This document shows, in pieces, positions 9,189 to 19,500 of a stretch of DNA of 64,000 bases. The DNA lies in contig JAGMZX010000009.1 of NCBI GenBank assembly GCA_018005585.1, forward strand, positions 6,185-70,184, in the 5' to 3' direction. Each line of letters starts with the position of its first letter. Within the stretch, counting starts at the first letter, position 1. A program made the translations under genes and the position numbers. Under the pieces are notes generated by a model, which had not been told where the DNA came from, searched no databases, and saw nothing but the letters and a program-made list of their open reading frames with translations. This stretch comes from Candidatus Hydrogenedentota bacterium (GTDB lineage Bacteria; Hydrogenedentota; Hydrogenedentia; Hydrogenedentales; JAGMZX01).

Positions 9189-10625
9189 CTAAAGGGCGGG
9201 CGCCGGCAGAAGCAAGTACCAGTGGCCGCCGACATTGAAGATTACGCGAGGGCCAAGCCCGGCCACGGCCGCGATTTCAGGATGATTCTTCAACAGCACG
9301 CGATAGAAGCGCGTGTCGCGGCGCAGTTCCGTGAGCGATTCGTCCGCGTAGTCTTCTTGCTGCCACGTGTCGCCGCATAACGTGAAGACGTGCCCGTTTG
9401 CTTCGCGAGTGGCGCCCGCTTCCACAGCTTGGGGGGAATCCTGCAAGGGCGCAGGAGCGGCGCCAAGCTGCGCGGCAGGCGGCGCGGCCTTGGGCGGCTG
9501 CGCTTCCGTGGCATGGTCCCCGCGCATGGTTCCGCCGTAGCCGCCATACCCGCCGCCGTATCCCCCAACTGTGGGCGCTCGGCGGTGCCTCTCAAGACGG
9601 TCTTCACCGAGAGACGGCACGGACTGCGGCGCGGGGAGCGGCTCGGGCACGGCTACGACCGTCTCCGCCTGGGCCGGGGGCGTTTCAGCAAGGACGGGCG
9701 GAGGTACTTCCTGCTCTATTGGTGCGGGCGCGGACACCGCCGCGACCGGGGGCTGGGCAGGCGCTGGCGCAGGAGCGGGTTCGAGACCACCCAAATCCCG
9801 CGCCGCCGCGCCAATGCGTGCATCAAATCGGATATCCCCGGTCTCCTGCTTTTCAGTTATTCCATCGAGGCGGACCGGCGGCTGCGGTGCGGCGCGAGGC
9901 GCCGCGACAGGAGGCGGGGCCTGCATCGGGATTTCCATGGCCGGCGAAGGAGCAAGGCGGGCAGGCGGCATATCCGCGGACGGCTCCGGGACCGGCGGCT
10001 CGGGCGCTGGGGTATCGGAGACTTCGGGCGCAGCCTCCGGCGCGGTGTCCAGCATAACGAAGTAGGTCCCTTCCGGCACGTGCGGCCGTCCGGACACTTC
10101 CGGCGCGGTAATCATTCCATCGCCCCGGCTTGGCTGCGGCGCGCCCGCGGCCGTTTCCATCTTCGCCTCGGGCTGCGCGCCCGGAATCCGCTGCGCTCTG
10201 GCCGCGTCGGCGGCGGCTTCCGTGGCTGCTTCCGGCATCGGCGACGGAGGCGCGGCTTGCTCCCGCGCCAATTGCGTCCGTGTTGACACGTAGCTTGTGC
10301 GCGAGAACATCAGGCCCATCACGACGAGGAAACACGCTGCGGCGGCAAGCACCGGCCACAAGCGCACGGGCGCGGCCCGGGGACGCCGGAACCGGATGCG
10401 CACGCCGCGCATTTCGTCCAGCACGGCCGCTTCCAGCGCTTCTGGGGCGCGCACGGGCTCCAACTCACGGTATAGCGCGTCCACGCGGCGCCACGCGTCG
10501 AGTTCCACGCGCAATGCCGGGTCCGCCGCGATACGCGCCTCGAACGCCGCCCGCGCCCCGGTGTCCATCTCGCCGTCGAGGTAGGCCGAAAACTGCTCGC
10601 GTATGTCTTCGTGCTCGCCGTTCAT
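9189..10625 (-). CDS. Membrane anti-sigma factor. It has an N-terminal anti-sigma domain, 1 TM, a long Pro/Ala-rich periplasmic low-complexity region with a GGYGGGYGGYGG tract, and a small C-terminal domain.
   Basis: N-terminus 'FSAYLDGEMD...RIAADPALRVELDAWRRVD', TM 'LWPVLAAAACFLVVMGLMF'. Start is 3 nt after the ECF sigma stop. Confidence 0.7.
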   Translation of the reverse strand: MNGEHEDIREQFSAYLDGEMDTGARAAFEARIAADPALRVELDAWRRVDALYRELEPVRAPEALEAAVLDEMRGVRIRFRRPRAAPVRLWPVLAAAACFLVVMGLMFSRTSYVSTRTQLAREQAAPPSPMPEAATEAAADAARAQRIPGAQPEAKMETAAGAPQPSRGDGMITAPEVSGRPHVPEGTYFVMLDTAPEAAPEVSDTPAPEPPVPEPSADMPPARLAPSPAMEIPMQAPPPVAAPRAAPQPPVRLDGITEKQETGDIRFDARIGAAARDLGGLEPAPAPAPAQPPVAAVSAPAPIEQEVPPPVLAETPPAQAETVVAVPEPLPAPQSVPSLGEDRLERHRRAPTVGGYGGGYGGYGGTMRGDHATEAQPPKAAPPAAQLGAAPAPLQDSPQAVEAGATREANGHVFTLCGDTWQQEDYADESLTELRRDTRFYRVLLKNHPEIAAVAGLGPRVIFNVGGHWYLLLPAPAL

Positions 10626-10628
10626 GTC

Positions 10629-11252
10629 TTACAACACGCCATTTTGTTCCAAGCACGCGCGCAACAGGCGCCGCGCCTGATTCAGCCGCGATTTCACGGT
10701 GCCCTCAGGACATTCGAGGGCGTCCGCGATCTCCTCGTAACTGCGCTCATCGAAAATCCTAAGCACGAACGCCAGCCGGTATGCGTCAGGCACCTGTTCC
10801 AGGCACGCCTCCAGCGCCGCCTGCAATTCACCGCGCTGCGCACGCTCGCGCGGCGTATCGCAATCCGCCGCGGCCGCCTGCGCCGCGCCCGGCGCCGCTT
10901 CCTCGAGCCCTTCGAGCGAAATCGCCTGGCCCCGGCCCTTGCGGCCCCGGTCGCGCACCCGGTTCCGCGCAAGGTTCACCGCGATCCGGTACAACCATGT
11001 ATACACTCGCGCCTCGCCGCGGAAATCGGCCATGCCGCGATACGCCCGCAGGAACACCTCCTGCGCTACGTCCAGCGCGTCCTCGCGGTTGCCCAGGAAG
11101 CGATACAGCACCGCGTAGACGCGATCTTTGTACCGGCGCATGAGCGCCTCGAACGCCGCGTCGTCGCCTTCCTGACACGCCGTCACGAGCGCCATGTCCG
11201 CTTGCCGCGTGCCTTCGCGCAATGCTTCCACGGACCGCCTGACTCCGTTCAT
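10629..11252 (-). CDS. ECF (sigma-70 family group IV) RNA polymerase sigma factor
   Basis: Region 2 'DDAAFEALMRRYKDRVYAVLYRFLGNREDALDVAQEVFLRAYRG' and region 4 'SYEEIADALECPEGTVKSRLNQARRLL'. Internal ATG at 11252 chosen for a 208-aa product. Confidence 0.85.
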   Translation of the reverse strand: MNGVRRSVEALREGTRQADMALVTACQEGDDAAFEALMRRYKDRVYAVLYRFLGNREDALDVAQEVFLRAYRGMADFRGEARVYTWLYRIAVNLARNRVRDRGRKGRGQAISLEGLEEAAPGAAQAAAADCDTPRERAQRGELQAALEACLEQVPDAYRLAFVLRIFDERSYEEIADALECPEGTVKSRLNQARRLLRACLEQNGVL

Positions 11253-11558
11253 ATCTTTGGACACCGGTTGGGGAAAAGGGTTCGCCGCCATTCTACACGC
11301 CCCGGCGCAGGCAAGGGAACCCGCGCGGTGATTCACGACCCCGGGAACACGAGGGCGCCGCACCCGTCTGCAGTCTTGGAGGCAGCGACAGGGACGTCGC
11401 GTCCGCGGGGAGAATTGTTTATAGTGTCATTCCTTATGCGCAACGACATAATTCCCCTGTTCGTTGTCCAAGCTTCAGCGTGCGGATTTTCGGGGACAAC
11501 CTGACGGTTGAACGACGAACAAGGGGCGTCGATTGTGACGCCGTGTATAGAGGCAAGA

Positions 11559-12950
11559 ATGGAGGAACAGATGAGCGTTCTGGATGCTGCTTTGGCGTAT
11601 GCGCGGGGGCGCCGGGCCGATTTTTTGAGCCGCTTGCGGGAACTGGTTGCGATTCCGAGTGTTTCGACGTTGCCGGAGCACAAGGACGACATGGCGCGCA
11701 CTGCCGAGTGGCTGGCGGCGGCGTTGCGCGCATTGGGCATGGCCCGGGTCGAAATCGTGGCCACGGCGGGGCATCCCGTCGTGTATGCGGAGACGGAGCA
11801 GCGGCCGGACCGCCCGACGGTGCTGGTCTACGGGCACTATGACGTGCAGCCGGTCGATCCGGTCGCGGAATGGCGCACGGACCCGTTCGCGGCGGCGGTC
11901 GAGGGCGACTATCTGTATGGGCGCGGCGCGTCGGATATGAAAGGCCAAATCTGGGCGCAACTGTGCGCGGTCGAGGCGCTGGCGGCGCAGGGCGCGTTGC
12001 CGGTGAACCTGAAATACCTGGTCGAGGGCGAGGAGGAGGTCGGGTCGCCGCATCTGGAGGCGTTCATCGAGGCGCGACGCGACCAACTCGCCTGCGACGT
12101 GGTCTTGAACTGCGACAGCGGCGTCCACGCGCCGGACCAGCCGTCGATCACGTATTCGCTGCGCGGGCTGGCCTATTTCGAACTCGAACTTCAGGGCGCG
12201 GCCAAAGACCTGCACAGCGGCCTGTTCGGCGGGTCCATCCGCAACCCGGTCCACGTCCTGTGCGAACTGATTGCGGGCATGCACGACAGCGCGGGGCGGG
12301 TCACCTTGCCGGGTTTCTACGACGATGTGCGGGAACTGGACGCCGAAGAGCGCGAAGTCTTGCGGCGCGTTCCGTACAACGACGAGGGCTGGCTGCAACT
12401 CGCGGGCGCCCGCGGCCTGTACGGCGAGGCGGGTTATACGACGACGGAGCGCGTGGGCGCGCGTCCGACGCTCGAGGTCAACGGCATCTGGGGCGGTTTC
12501 ACGGGCGCGGGCGCGAAGACGGTGCTGCCCGCGCGCGCGTCGGCGAAAATCTCGATGCGGCTCGTGCCGGACCAGCGGCCCGAGCAGATGGAGGCGTGTC
12601 TGCGCGCGTATCTCGAAGCCAACGCGCCCGAAGGCGTTGCGTGGACGCTGCGCGAGCATTCGCGCGGGCCTGGCGCGATCACGGACCGCAAATCGCGGTA
12701 TATGCGCGCGGCGGCGGAGGCGCTGCATGAGGTATTCGGCGTCGAACCGACCTTCAAGCGCGAGGGCGGGAGCGTGCCTGTGGTAGGCATGATGCAGGCG
12801 CGACTCGGCGTGGATTCGGTGATGCTGGGGTTCGCGCTGCCGGACGACGGCATTCACGGCCCGAACGAACGTCAATACCTGCCGAATTTCTACAAGGGGA
12901 TCGAGGCGTACATCCGGTTCCTGGGCGGGCTCTCGGCGCGGGGTGCGTGA
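11559..12950 (+). CDS. Peptidase M20 family dipeptidase/desuccinylase-like metallohydrolase
   Basis: Motifs 'VLVYGHYDVQP', 'LYGRGASDMKGQ', 'LVEGEEEVGS' (metal-ligand blocks of the M20/M28 family). Confidence 0.8.
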   Translation: MEEQMSVLDAALAYARGRRADFLSRLRELVAIPSVSTLPEHKDDMARTAEWLAAALRALGMARVEIVATAGHPVVYAETEQRPDRPTVLVYGHYDVQPVDPVAEWRTDPFAAAVEGDYLYGRGASDMKGQIWAQLCAVEALAAQGALPVNLKYLVEGEEEVGSPHLEAFIEARRDQLACDVVLNCDSGVHAPDQPSITYSLRGLAYFELELQGAAKDLHSGLFGGSIRNPVHVLCELIAGMHDSAGRVTLPGFYDDVRELDAEEREVLRRVPYNDEGWLQLAGARGLYGEAGYTTTERVGARPTLEVNGIWGGFTGAGAKTVLPARASAKISMRLVPDQRPEQMEACLRAYLEANAPEGVAWTLREHSRGPGAITDRKSRYMRAAAEALHEVFGVEPTFKREGGSVPVVGMMQARLGVDSVMLGFALPDDGIHGPNERQYLPNFYKGIEAYIRFLGGLSARGA

Positions 12951-12959
12951 ACGGCGGGG

Positions 12960-14006
12960 CTAGCGCTTCTTGAACGCGGACAGCGCTTTCCAGGCGCATT
13001 TTTCCCACGTGTATTCTGCCACGCGTTTCGCGGCGCGGCGGCGCAAGTCGAGGCTTTCGGGCCCCTGCTGGATGGCGCGGCGCAGACTGCGCACGAATGA
13101 CTCAACGCTTTCGTGGTTGTAGAAGATGGTGTTGTCGGCGGCCACTTCGGGGATTGCGCCGAGGTTCGGCGTGACCAGCATGCCGCCGGCGCGCAACCCT
13201 TCGAGCACGCGCTGGCCGCTGCCGTCGTGCAGTGCGGCGAAGACGATGGCCGCCGCGTTCTGATACAGCCCGGCGAGTTGCGCGTCCGGGCAACGCTCGA
13301 TGCGCACGCCGCGCGGGCCCCACGTAGGCGGCTCCGCGCTGCACGCCGTGCCGGTCACCACGAAATTGTGGGGCGTTTCCTTCTGAATCTGGGCGAGCCC
13401 CTTGAAGATGAGCGGATAATTGTGGGTCTTGCACGTGTCGCCCACAATCATCAGGTACGGTTTCTCGACAATCGAGCTGTTCGGCTCGCTGAATACGGTG
13501 TCCACGCCCGGCGGCGCCACGACGACCTTGTCCAGCGGCACGTCCAGCACTTCGAGACACCGGCGCCGCGTGTGTTCGGACGTCGCGATGATGCCGTGAG
13601 CCTGCGCGCAGACGCGTTTTGCCTGCTTCAGGTCGTCCGCGAGGTCGCCGCCCGGCTCCCAGGGCCGCACGTCGACGATGTACAGCCACGTGGGCAGCGG
13701 GGGACTGACCGGCGCCGCGGCCAGCGGCGCAAGCAACGCATTCACCCCTGCCTTTCTCGCGGCTCGCGCCAGTGGTCCGCCCACGCCAAGCATGCCCGCG
13801 AGCCCGCCGCGGCCGCCGCTCACCTTGCCGATGGCGACGCGCATCCAGCCTTCATAGGAGGCATGTTGCTCCTCGCTGGTGAACAGGAACAGGCGCGCCT
13901 GGTCCTGCATGCGCCGCAACGTTACCAGCAGGCGGCGCATGTAGCGTTCTTCATCCCCGTAGCAGCAGCGATGCTGCACGTCGGGTGTCAATACGCCAAG
14001 ATGCAT
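12960..14006 (-). CDS. Glycosyltransferase family 1/4 (GT-B fold)
   Basis: C-terminal GT1 domain pattern ('PYLMIVGDT...', 'EGLRAGGMLVTPNLGAIPEVA'). Confidence 0.65.
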   Translation of the reverse strand: MHLGVLTPDVQHRCCYGDEERYMRRLLVTLRRMQDQARLFLFTSEEQHASYEGWMRVAIGKVSGGRGGLAGMLGVGGPLARAARKAGVNALLAPLAAAPVSPPLPTWLYIVDVRPWEPGGDLADDLKQAKRVCAQAHGIIATSEHTRRRCLEVLDVPLDKVVVAPPGVDTVFSEPNSSIVEKPYLMIVGDTCKTHNYPLIFKGLAQIQKETPHNFVVTGTACSAEPPTWGPRGVRIERCPDAQLAGLYQNAAAIVFAALHDGSGQRVLEGLRAGGMLVTPNLGAIPEVAADNTIFYNHESVESFVRSLRRAIQQGPESLDLRRRAAKRVAEYTWEKCAWKALSAFKKR

Positions 14007-14147
14007 CGCGAATCTACAGCTTTCTGGCGCCCGTACTCGTACTCGCCATAACAAGGACCAAAAGAACCATGAGGATACGCCCGCAGACTATAAGAGGCGG
14101 AACGCCGCGGAAAGGCCGGCATTCCGCCCCAATCCAGACAGGCGCCG

Positions 14148-15302
14148 TTATTTCGCGCTGGTCGCCCAATCGATGAGCACGCGCGCGACTTCGGGCCGCG
14201 TGAATTCCTCGGGCGGCATCTCCCCGCGCTGCAGCATTTCACGCACCTTCGTGCCGCTGAGGAAGACGTGGTCTTCCGGCCCGCCGGGGCAGGTCTTCGG
14301 CGACGCCATCCCGCCGGTTATCTTGGAGTAGAAGGCGTGTTCGAAGAACAGCGGCGTGATATCCAGTTCCGCGCGGTCGAATTCGTCAAAAATGTAGTGG
14401 GCGTCGTAGGTGCCGTAATAGTTGCCGACGCCCGCGTGGTCGCGGCCCACGATGAAGTGCGTGCAGCCGTAGTTCTTGCGGATGATCGCGTGCATGATTG
14501 CTTCCTTCGGGCCCGCGTACCGCATGTTCACCGGCATAATCGAGAGCATGACGTGTTCGTGTGCGTAATACCGGTCCATGAGAACCTTGTAGCACTTCAT
14601 GCGCACGTCGCCGGGGATATCGTCGCTCTTGGTCGTGCCCATGAGCGGATGTATGAGCAGGCCGTCGCAGATTTCCAGCGCGCACTTCGTCAGATACTCA
14701 TGCGCGCGATGGATGGGATTCCGCGTCTGGAACGCGACGATACGCTTCCAGCCGCGTTCGGTAAAGGCGGCGCGTGTCTGCGCCGGCGTCAGGTTGCACT
14801 CCTGATGCTCGATCTCGCGCGCCTGGAGCACGTCCAGTTCCCCCGCGAGATAGACCGGCCCGTGCGCGTAGGTATAGGCCACGCCCGGGTGCTTCTCGTC
14901 GGTAGTCCGGTAGACTTTCTCCGCGATCTCGCGCTTGTCAAGCGAGAATTTCCCGCTGAGATGCAGGATTGCGGCCAGGTCGCCGCGGTCGTCCGCGATC
15001 GCGACTTCCTGCCCCACTTCAAGGCGGTCCGCGTCGTTCTGCGGGACATGCAGCAGCAGCGGAAAGGTCCAGGGGATGCCGGGCCGCAGATGCATCGTGC
15101 CGAGCACGCGGCGGGCTTCTTCTTCGTTCATGAAGCCCGTCAGCGGGCTGTACAGGCCCTTGGCGATGCCGTCGATCTCGAACGCCAGGTAGGTGTCGAC
15201 CTGGATGCGCGGCAGCGTGCGCGCCTTCGTCCGCGCCGCCTCAAGGGCGGCCCCTTCGAGCAGGCGGTTGACCAGCGCACCGCCGTGAGGCTTAATAGGC
15301 AT
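14148..15302 (-). CDS. sat: Sulfate adenylyltransferase (ATP sulfurylase)
   Basis: Conserved blocks 'VAFQTRNPIHRAHE', 'GRDHAGVGNYYGTYDAH', 'PLFFEHAFY'. Confidence 0.9.
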   Translation of the reverse strand: MPIKPHGGALVNRLLEGAALEAARTKARTLPRIQVDTYLAFEIDGIAKGLYSPLTGFMNEEEARRVLGTMHLRPGIPWTFPLLLHVPQNDADRLEVGQEVAIADDRGDLAAILHLSGKFSLDKREIAEKVYRTTDEKHPGVAYTYAHGPVYLAGELDVLQAREIEHQECNLTPAQTRAAFTERGWKRIVAFQTRNPIHRAHEYLTKCALEICDGLLIHPLMGTTKSDDIPGDVRMKCYKVLMDRYYAHEHVMLSIMPVNMRYAGPKEAIMHAIIRKNYGCTHFIVGRDHAGVGNYYGTYDAHYIFDEFDRAELDITPLFFEHAFYSKITGGMASPKTCPGGPEDHVFLSGTKVREMLQRGEMPPEEFTRPEVARVLIDWATSAK

Positions 15303-15456
15303 GATGCTCTACTCCTTTTCAGTGTAAGCGCCACATTGGACCGCGGAAGATTCCCGGTTTCGCCTTTTGAACCGGGGAAAGAAACGCCATTATATCAGCG
15401 GAATCGGGAGGTCTCAAGCATAGAATGCGCGGGACGGAATGCGACGCGCCGTCCCC

Positions 15457-15485
15457 TTGAAGGCCGCACGATTCAGCCTTATACT
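15457..15485 (+). promoter_or_regulatory. Sigma70-like promoter TTGAAG-N17-TATACT upstream of the epimerase gene
   Basis: Read directly in the divergent sat/epimerase intergenic region. Confidence 0.4.
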
Positions 15486-15516
15486 GACGCATCTGGCAGA
15501 ATTCGGGGAGACGAAC

Positions 15517-16488
15517 ATGCGCGTATTGGTTACAGGCGGTGCGGGTTTCATCGGGTCCCATTTATGCGAGGCGCTGCTGGCGCGGGGCGAGCAGGTATTC
15601 GTGCTGGACGACCTGAGCACGGGCCGCTTCCAGAATATTGAGCCGCTTGCTGCACGGCTGACGTGCGTCATCGATTCCACGCTGAACCAGCAGATCGTGC
15701 GGGAACTGGTGCGGGAAGTGGACGTGGTGTATCACCTGGCCGCGACGGTGGGCGTGCAGTTGGTCGTCAACGCGCCGATCCGGACAATCGTCAACAACAT
15801 TCGCGGCACGGAAACGGTGCTGGAAGAGACCTGCCGTTACCGCAGGCGCCTGCTTATCACCTCGACGAGCGAAGTGTACGGCAAGAGCATGAAGGAGGTG
15901 TTTGAGGAAGAAGACGACAGCGTCATAGGCCCGACGAGCCGGCATCGCTGGGCGTATGCGGCGTCCAAGGCCATTGATGAGTATCTGGCGATGGCGTATT
16001 GGCGCGAGAAGCGGCATCCGGTCGTCATCTGCCGCTTGTTCAATACCGTCGGTCCGCGCCAGACGGGCCGCTACGGCATGGTCATTCCCACGTTCGTGGC
16101 GCAGGCGCTGCGCGGCGAGCCGCTGACGGTCTACGGCGACGGGAAGCAGTCGCGCTGTTTCGCGTATGTGGGCGACATCGTGCCGGCCTTGGTCGGCTTG
16201 ATGGAGCAGTGCGCGCTGTGCGGTGACGTATATAACATAGGGAACGACCAGCGCGTCACGATTGAAGAACTTGCGCAACGGATCATCGAGCGCACGGGCA
16301 GCAAGTCGCAAATCCGGTATGTTCCCTATGACGCGGCCTACGGTCCGGGCTATGACGACATGCGGCACCGCCGGCCTTCCCTGAAAAAGATACGCGAGGC
16401 CATCGGCTATGAGCCCAAGACCTCGCTCGACGCCATTCTCGACGCCGTCATTGCGGATATCCGCGGGCGGCTGGATGCGGATGACTGA
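15517..16488 (+). CDS. NAD-dependent epimerase/dehydratase (UDP-sugar epimerase/decarboxylase-like SDR)
   Basis: 'MRVLVTGGAGFIGSHL' Rossmann motif and YxxxK 'YAASKAIDEY'. Confidence 0.85.
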   Translation: MRVLVTGGAGFIGSHLCEALLARGEQVFVLDDLSTGRFQNIEPLAARLTCVIDSTLNQQIVRELVREVDVVYHLAATVGVQLVVNAPIRTIVNNIRGTETVLEETCRYRRRLLITSTSEVYGKSMKEVFEEEDDSVIGPTSRHRWAYAASKAIDEYLAMAYWREKRHPVVICRLFNTVGPRQTGRYGMVIPTFVAQALRGEPLTVYGDGKQSRCFAYVGDIVPALVGLMEQCALCGDVYNIGNDQRVTIEELAQRIIERTGSKSQIRYVPYDAAYGPGYDDMRHRRPSLKKIREAIGYEPKTSLDAILDAVIADIRGRLDADD

Positions 16489-16519
16489 GCCCGGATGCCG
16501 GCGCGCCGGCCCCGGCACG

Positions 16520-19500
16520 TCAGTTGGGCGCAAAGCAGAAGCCGTCTTCCGTGCCGGAATCCGGGCACGGATAGCAGCCGCCCGCATTGTAGAACTGCAC
16601 GACCCGGAGCAGTTCGGACAAGTCGATCCGCCAGTCCGCGGGGGCGTAGTCGAGGTCGTGCGGCGGGCACCATTGGCCGCCCGGCCCGGGCGCGTATCCA
16701 TCTTCCGTGCCCAGTTCGCAATGGTGGCTCTTCGTGTTATAGAACTGGATGACGCGCAGCAGCTCGGCGAGGCCGATGCGGAAATCGCCGTTCTGGTCCG
16801 CGGTATGGCCGCAATCATCGAGGATGATGACCGTGCGTACGACGGGTTCGGCTTCGTTCCCCTGGCTGTCTGCGACACGGTAGGTGACGGGGTATTCGCC
16901 GGGTGAGTGCTCCACAATGCTGCTCTCGGCCCGGATGAAGGCGGTCCTGTCGCCGTCTACGAGGTCGAAGGCCATCGCGCCGGGGTCCATGAAGTCGTCG
17001 AAGCAACGCAGCGTCACTATGGCGTCGCCTATGAGCACGAGCGTGGGCGCGGTGGAATCGGCGACCAGCACATGGCGGACGGACGGCTGGGCCTCGTTGC
17101 CTTCCGAATCCGACACCCGATAGGTCACCGTGTATGCTCCCGGCGTGTCTTCATCCACAGTGTTTTCGACCTGCAGCAGCGCCGTAAGGTCGCCCTGGCG
17201 CGAGTCCGCGGCGATGGCGCCCGGGTCGGCATAGGCCGTGCCCGCTTCGTGCAGGAGAGTCTCCGGCCCGATTAAAGTAATGACCGGCGGCGTCGTGTCG
17301 GCCACATGGACCAGGCGCTGCGCGTCGGCCGTATTGCCCGACGCGTCTTCTACCGAATAGGCGACGGTGTAATCGCCCAGCACGGCGACGTTCACGTTGT
17401 CCGTCACCACAATGGCGGCGGTGAGGTCGCCATCCACGGTGTCCGCGGCGGTGGCGCCCGGGTCGGCATAGGGGGTCGCTGCTTCATGCGTCAGTTCAGA
17501 GGGGCCTGTGACCGTGATTATGGGGGCGGTCGTGTCCACGACATGAACGGCGCGCAACGCTTGTGCCGGATTACCAGACGAGTCGGCCAGTGAATAGGTG
17601 ACCGTGTAATCACCCGGAATCGCCGGGTTCACGTCATTCGCGGTCTGTATGGCCGCGGTGAGATCGCCGTCGTAGTTGTCGAACGCGGTGGCACCTGGGT
17701 CATTGTAGGGTTCGGGCGCTTCGTGGGTCAGGGGATTGTCTCCCGTGACGGAGAGCACGGGCGGGACCTCGTCCACGACATGAACCGTGCGCACGGCCGG
17801 GATGGACACATTCCCCGCGGCGTCCTGCGCGGTATACGTCAACACGTACGCGCCCAGTATCTCCGTATCGGCCATGCCGATGACGACTACGGCCGCGCTG
17901 AGGTCGCCGTCGAGCGCATCCCACGCCACGACCCCCGGTTCTGCGAAGGGCTCTCCGACGGGGACGGACATGTCCGCAGGCCCCAGGAGCGTCACGAAAG
18001 GAGGTTGCGTGTCAACGACATGGACAGTTCGCGAGACGGTTACCGCATCGTTGCGGTTGGCGTCACGCACGTCGTAGGCCAGCACGTACGTGCCGGGCGT
18101 CATGACATCCACGCTCCCCGTCACCCGTATCTCGGGGGTGATGTCACCGCTGAAGGAGTCCCACGCGGTCGCGCCGGGGTCATTGAACGGTTCGGCCGCC
18201 TCGACGGTCATTTCCGCGTCTCCGAGCATCGTGATGACGGGGATTGTGCGGTCGCGCACGTCCACGATGCGCGTCGCCGTCAGCGCAAAGTTGCCCGCGG
18301 TGTCCTCGACATCATAGGTGACGCTGAACGTGTCGATCAGGCTCGGATTGACGTTGTTCGTCATGTTCAAGCGTTCGCTGATGTCGCCCTCCCGGTCGTC
18401 CATGGCAGTTGCGCCGGGATCGAGGTACGGCTCCCCTGCTTCGGCCGTCAACCGGCCCGGTCCGTTCAGCGCGATGACGGGGGCTACCGTGTCGATGATG
18501 AGTTCATCGGTGGTGCTGTCGTGCCCTTCGCGGTTGTACGCGCCTACGGCCCGGACGCGCACGTCGTACACGCCGTCCGGCAGCGGGTCGGGCACGTTAT
18601 GAACCCACTCGTTGTTATCGACGAGGACAGCGCGCCACGTGGCGCCGTCCAGGCTCAGCCCCAGCGCCACCGAGTAGCGCACCGTGCCGGTAATGGCCGG
18701 GCGGGAATCGTTGGTGATCAACGGGTCGACCGTCAGTTCGGGCGCGGGCGGGTAGTAAGAGCCCAGCACGGCGCGGACGTATTCGGGCACGGTTGCGTCG
18801 AGGCCGCCTATGTTCTCGAATTCCTCATAGTTCAGCGCGCCGTCCAGGTCGAGGTCGCCCAGGGACGACAACGGCAGGTCGGCGCCGTTCGAGTAGGGGG
18901 CATAGTCGCCCTCGAGCGACAACCCCGCTTTCAGGATGTCGGCAAAGGCCTGGTCGAGCGTCGCCAGCGCGGCCATGATGTCGAACACGGGGGCCAGGAA
19001 CGGGATACCGGGTTCCACACGGAGCAAGGCCAGATTGGCGTCATGAACCTGTTGCACCGTCTCATGGAGCGGGTGATGTTCATCGCACAAGATAGCCGCG
19101 AGCACGGAAATTTCGTAGCGGTCCGGAATCATGCTGACGTCCGCGTCGGCGGTTTGCCAGACGTCCTCCTCGAACGCGAATTCATAGAAATCGCGGCCTT
19201 GGCTCTCGAACGTGACCGCCACGTCGCAATTGGGAATGGCGGCATCCGGCGCCCGGTTCGGGTCGGAGGCCTCGTCGGCATAGACCTCCGGCGAACCGCC
19301 GCGTATGAACGTCCACGTGAATTCGCGGTCATTGGAGGCGCCGTCGCCGTCCAGGTCGGACGCGGCGGCAAACGGCTCTGCGCTTTCGTACTGGAGGCCG
19401 GCGATTGGGGCGGTCAGGGCCATGTCCTGGACGATGCTGTCTGCGGCTTCCTGGGAGCTTGCGGCGAACAGGGACAGATACCCGATATAGGGCAGGAACA

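Noticed and set aside
9390-10300. Dense cluster of overlapping 100-300-aa ORFs on both strands
   Set aside because: Explained by the GC-rich, Pro/Ala/Gly low-complexity linker of the anti-sigma factor (9189..10625). No independent genes are expected.
11475-12875. 466-aa minus-strand ORF overlapping the M20 peptidase gene; similar long antisense ORFs at 15562..16917, 24993..26993, 45306..46817, 34283..35542, 4898..6232, 56441..57859 and 41367..42515
   Set aside because: High-GC genomes give long open antisense frames. Each overlaps a plus- or minus-strand gene with clear conserved motifs, and their translations are Arg/Pro/Ala-rich without domains.
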